Position numbers and translations under genes: made by a program
Source of the DNA: Sminthopsis crassicaudata
Taxonomy: Eukaryota
Length of the DNA: 64,000 nucleotides
Direction: 5' to 3'
Assembly (NCBI RefSeq): GCF_048593235.1
Contig: NC_133617.1
Span: 385,520,067-385,584,066, forward strand
Part shown: piece by piece, positions 60,141-64,000 of the stretch
Layout of the letters: every line of letters begins with the position of its first letter
Numbering within the stretch: position 1 is the stretch's first letter
Notes under the pieces: model-generated
Told to the model about the DNA's origin: nothing
Database searches by the model: none
The model's input: the letters and a program-made list of their open reading frames with translations, nothing else

Positions 60141-62529
60141 CTAGCACAAATAGAACCAGAAGTCATCTTAAATAATTCTCAGAAAACACTCAGAACAAAT
60201 AATGTAGATTGTACACCGAAGTTAGATAAAGTTATAATGCAGTTAAAGACTGTCAAATTAATCAAGCAAGACATTTGCAAAACGTACTTAACACAGTGTT
60301 TTGCTCATAGGAAGTGTTATATCAATGATTATTCCTTTCTTTTTATGCTCCTCAGTCACTCAGTAAGCAGTTATTCATTGTGTCTAAGACACTGGGCTAA
60401 GATCTGGGTCTACAAAAAGAGGTGAAAGACAATCCCTGCCTTTAAGGAACTCACAATATAAAAGGAACTCACCAAAAAAAGCAAATAAATATGTACATAT
60501 AAGCTATATATCACATAAATAGGGAATAATTGAGAGAGGGAAGGCACTAGAATTAAAAAGGATTGATTGAGGAAATCTTCCTGTAGAAGATGGGATTTTA
60601 GTTAAGCAAGAGCAATAGAATTATAAAGAAATTTGAAAAGATGTTTATAACATAATGAAGTAAAAAATAGAAGCAGACATATAGTATACTCACTAGGATA
60701 CGAAGCAAAAATGAATTAAGTATAGAAAGATAATCTTAGTAGGGACTTAAGAGTGACTGAACGTTATAACTCTTCATTCACTAAAATTCATTAATTTGAA
60801 TATAAATAGCACTTGGTATAGATGGTTGATGCCATTTCTTTTAAAAACTAATTTTTGATTTTTGTTTTTTACTTTACTACATTTCCCAATCTGTTTTTCC
60901 TTATTCTTTCATCTCCCAAAGAACAGTTATTTCTAATAAAGATTTAACTTTTTTTAATTTTAAAAGGAGACATAAATGAACATAAAATTCCATTCTCAAT
61001 GTAATTGAAGTAATGAAGAGCAGGAATAGTTTGGATAAATGAAACCTACATGAGTCCAATTTCCTGCTGACAGATCTCTTGAGAGGAAGAACTGGTTACT
61101 ACATTAACAAACTTCACTTTACTTAGTAGTGCTAATTATTTCCATCTCTTTATAGTACTAATCCAAGTCTCCCCCAAAAAAAACTTTTAGTAGAATTATT
61201 TTTTTAAAAGGTGGAGAGGAGAAGCAGAATTTGACAAATCTAGATTTTGTACTTCTCATTTTCTGATTGACATGTTGTATGGCCAAGTGGACAGAAGGGG
61301 GCAACTGAATTAAGAACTAGAATACAGTTAACCTATAATAGAAATGATCTTGAATTATTTTAGAACTTTCCCTATTAAAAATGCAGACTCATAAAATGTT
61401 AGTCCTGGGAGAACCCGAGAAATCGTCAACATATATTCCCTGCCTTTTCCACCCAATTTTCCCACCTTTCTGTTTTCAAATCAGAAATGTGAGGCCCAGA
61501 GTTTATAGCATAGGAAGACTGATTTAGCACTGGAAGGGCCCTTATAGGGAGTCAGGAATAAGATTCTTATTTTAAAGATGAGGAAATCGAGGAAAAAGAA
61601 GTTAAGTGACTTTTCCAGGATCCCAAATCCAATAAGTATGAGAAGCAGGATTTTGAACCCATATTTTCCTGATTCTCAAAACACTTCCCACTGCCATCAT
61701 AGGCTCTTCAAACTTACTGTTTTTACTGCTTAAAAATAGTCCAGTAAAATATTGGAATATGTTTCTAGGGAAGAATTTTATCCATAGTAAAGTTTAACAA
61801 ATTTTCCTTTTGTGAACATGGCCCAAGTTTTAAATTAAAATGTTAGCAATGTAACCATCTCCAAAGAGAGAAAAGGGTTTATATTATTAATTCAAGAGTT
61901 TTACTAGCAATTTTTTGTTATTTGAAATTTTCATATTTGCTATCTCCTATCATAAACACTTGACTGATGACATCTGAAAAGAAATAAATTCAATATGTCT
62001 TGAAAAGAAGTCTGAGAATAATGAGAAGATATGCTTATTCACATCTTTGAATGAAGTTAACAATACTGGCTATGGTTTAATAACATTGATATCCTCATCT
62101 AACCTCAAGCAATTACCCAAAACTCCTTGTTATGTTACTTAAAAACAAACTCAGAAGTCACAGAAGACTGAATTTTTGAACATGTAAGATAGCTTGAGAT
62201 AATGGGGAGGAAGTATTTTTGTTGTTTTTTTTTTTTTTCAAAAAGACTTCAAAGGTTAAAAAAATCTTATTTCATATAACATATAGTCACATATGTAAAC
62301 ACATGTTGACTCATATTTTTAAAAAATGTATATATCTACAATATGTGTATTTGTACACATCTAGCTCTGGTTTTACCCATAAATAAAAAACCCTTTAAAA
62401 TACTGTCTTATAAACAGGCACAGCTCTCCCTGCCCAAGAGGAGAAACAATTCATGTTAAGTAGCAATAATATGGATTTTTTCTCCCCCTCCCCAGACAGC
62501 AAACAATCCAATATAGGTTAAATGTGCAA

Positions 62530-63520
62530 TTCTTCAAAATATTTTCATATTCATCATACTGCTTAAGAAAAATAAGATCAAAAGTGAAAAAAGACATTAA
62601 TAAAATCAAACAAACAAATACAAAGCTCCCCCCCGAAGTGAAAAATTATGCTTTGATCCACATTCAGTCTTTATAGTTCTCTTTCTGGATATGGATGGCA
62701 CTTTTCCATTCCAAGTCTATTGAAATTGCCTTGAATCATTGCATTGTTGAAAAAGAGCCAAATCCATCACATTTGATCATAATCTTGTTATAGTACACAT
62801 TGTTCTCTTAGGTTTTGTTCACTCAACATCAGTTCATGTCTTCTCAGACTTTTCTGAAATCAGCCTGCTCATCATTTCTTACAGAACAATAATATTCCAT
62901 TACATTCATATACCATAACTTATTCAGCCGTTCTCCAACTGATGGGCATCCCCTCGGTTTCTAGTTAATTGCCAGAACAAAAAGAGTTCCCACAAACATT
63001 CTTGCACATGTTTAAGATATCTTTGGGATATAAGCCTAGTAGAGATACTGCTGGATCAAAGGGTATGCACAGTTTGATACTGCTTTGGGGCTGATTTCAG
63101 AAAATCTGCAAAGATTTATATGAACTGTTGAGTAGCGAGCAGAACCAAGAGAACATCGTACACAGTAACAACAAGATTATGATCAAGTGTGATGAATTTG
63201 GATAATTTTAACAATGTAGTGATTTAAGGCTATTCCAACAGACTTGGGATGGAAAATGCCATCCGTATCCAGAAAGATAAACTATGGACACGAATATGGA
63301 TTAAAACATAAGTGTTTTGCACCTTTTGGTCTTTTTTTTTTTTTGTTTGTTTGCATGTTTTTGTTTTTCTCTCATGGTTTCTTCCCTTTTGATCTGTTTT
63401 TTTCTTGTACAACGTGACAAATATGTAAATATCTTTAAAAGAATTGCTCATATTAACTTAAATCAGATTGTGTGCTATCTTGGAGAGGGGAGAGGTAAAG
63501 AAAAGAGGGAGAAACATTTA
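62530..63520. mobile_element. Two head-to-head L1 3' fragments (minus ~62530-63090, plus ~63100-63520)
   Basis: Both contain the same ORF2-end/3' UTR segment in opposite orientations. Confidence 0.7.
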
Positions 63521-63581
63521 GTGAATGTTGAAAACTATTTTTTCATGCTCTTAGGGAAAATACTACAAAAAAGAAAATTAC

Positions 63582-64000
63582 CCTCTCTGCAGCTCCACCA
63601 GGCCTTAAACCTTTTATCACCACCTTTAAGGGACTGGCCTGGATTTCCAAGTCCAGACCAAAGGATTCATCTTCCAAACGAATTAAATGAACAGTTTCCA
63701 AGCTATTGGGCCTAGAGTTGTCCTCTGTCACAGCCCTCTTGCTTTGTGGGTTTATCCTGGCCACTGGCTTATGAGCAGAACCTGGATCCTCATTCTTCTG
63801 TTTGGGGGAGCCAGGGCACTCAATGCTCATTAGGCTTTTGACCCTGGTGATGGCTTTGTGCTCTAATTTTGGTGACTTCTTGGATTCAGCTTGTTCCTTC
63901 AGGCCCAAGCTGCCAGGGTTGCCCTCCAAGGCACCAGGATAGTCAAAAAGCTTTCCTGGAAGTAGAGGGGAGTCTCTAATGTGCTCCTTGTCCTCCACCT
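63582..64000 (-). CDS. PDZD2: PDZD2 coding exon (5' part outside window); ends in N-terminal half of a central PDZ domain
   Basis: Open frame ...SLETVHLIRLEDESFGLDLEIQASPLKVVIKGLRPGGAAER ends at a phase-0 donor AGG|gtaatt (63581). It joins in frame to the 60140 exon. Confidence 0.9.

Overview
Mammalian genomic DNA, most likely an Australian dasyurid marsupial (inferred from WSINE1-type SINEs, MAR1, marsupial L1 and an OC1-like hAT MITE). The minus strand carries the 3' half of PDZD2: 8 coding exons (64000 to 23393) with consistent splice phases, including a 3.7-kb exon, then a ~3-kb 3' UTR. Positions 1 to ~20 kb are repeat-rich intergenic DNA with an old, multiply deleted betaretroviral ERV. 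The standout feature is a very young 3243-bp betaretrovirus-like provirus (35408-38650). It has identical 373-bp LTRs, a 6-bp TSD, an intact 582-aa gag and an intact -1 frameshift signal, but no pro, RT or env and only a decayed integrase tail. It sits in sense orientation in the PDZD2 intron just upstream of the exons for the IL-16-like C-terminal PDZ pair. Other points of interest: a canonical-looking central PDZ domain, a C-terminal class I PDZ-binding motif, duplications in the giant exon and 3' UTR, and a C/D-box-like intronic motif. All alignments were done by eye, and comparisons to human PDZD2 and repeat consensus sequences are from memory.
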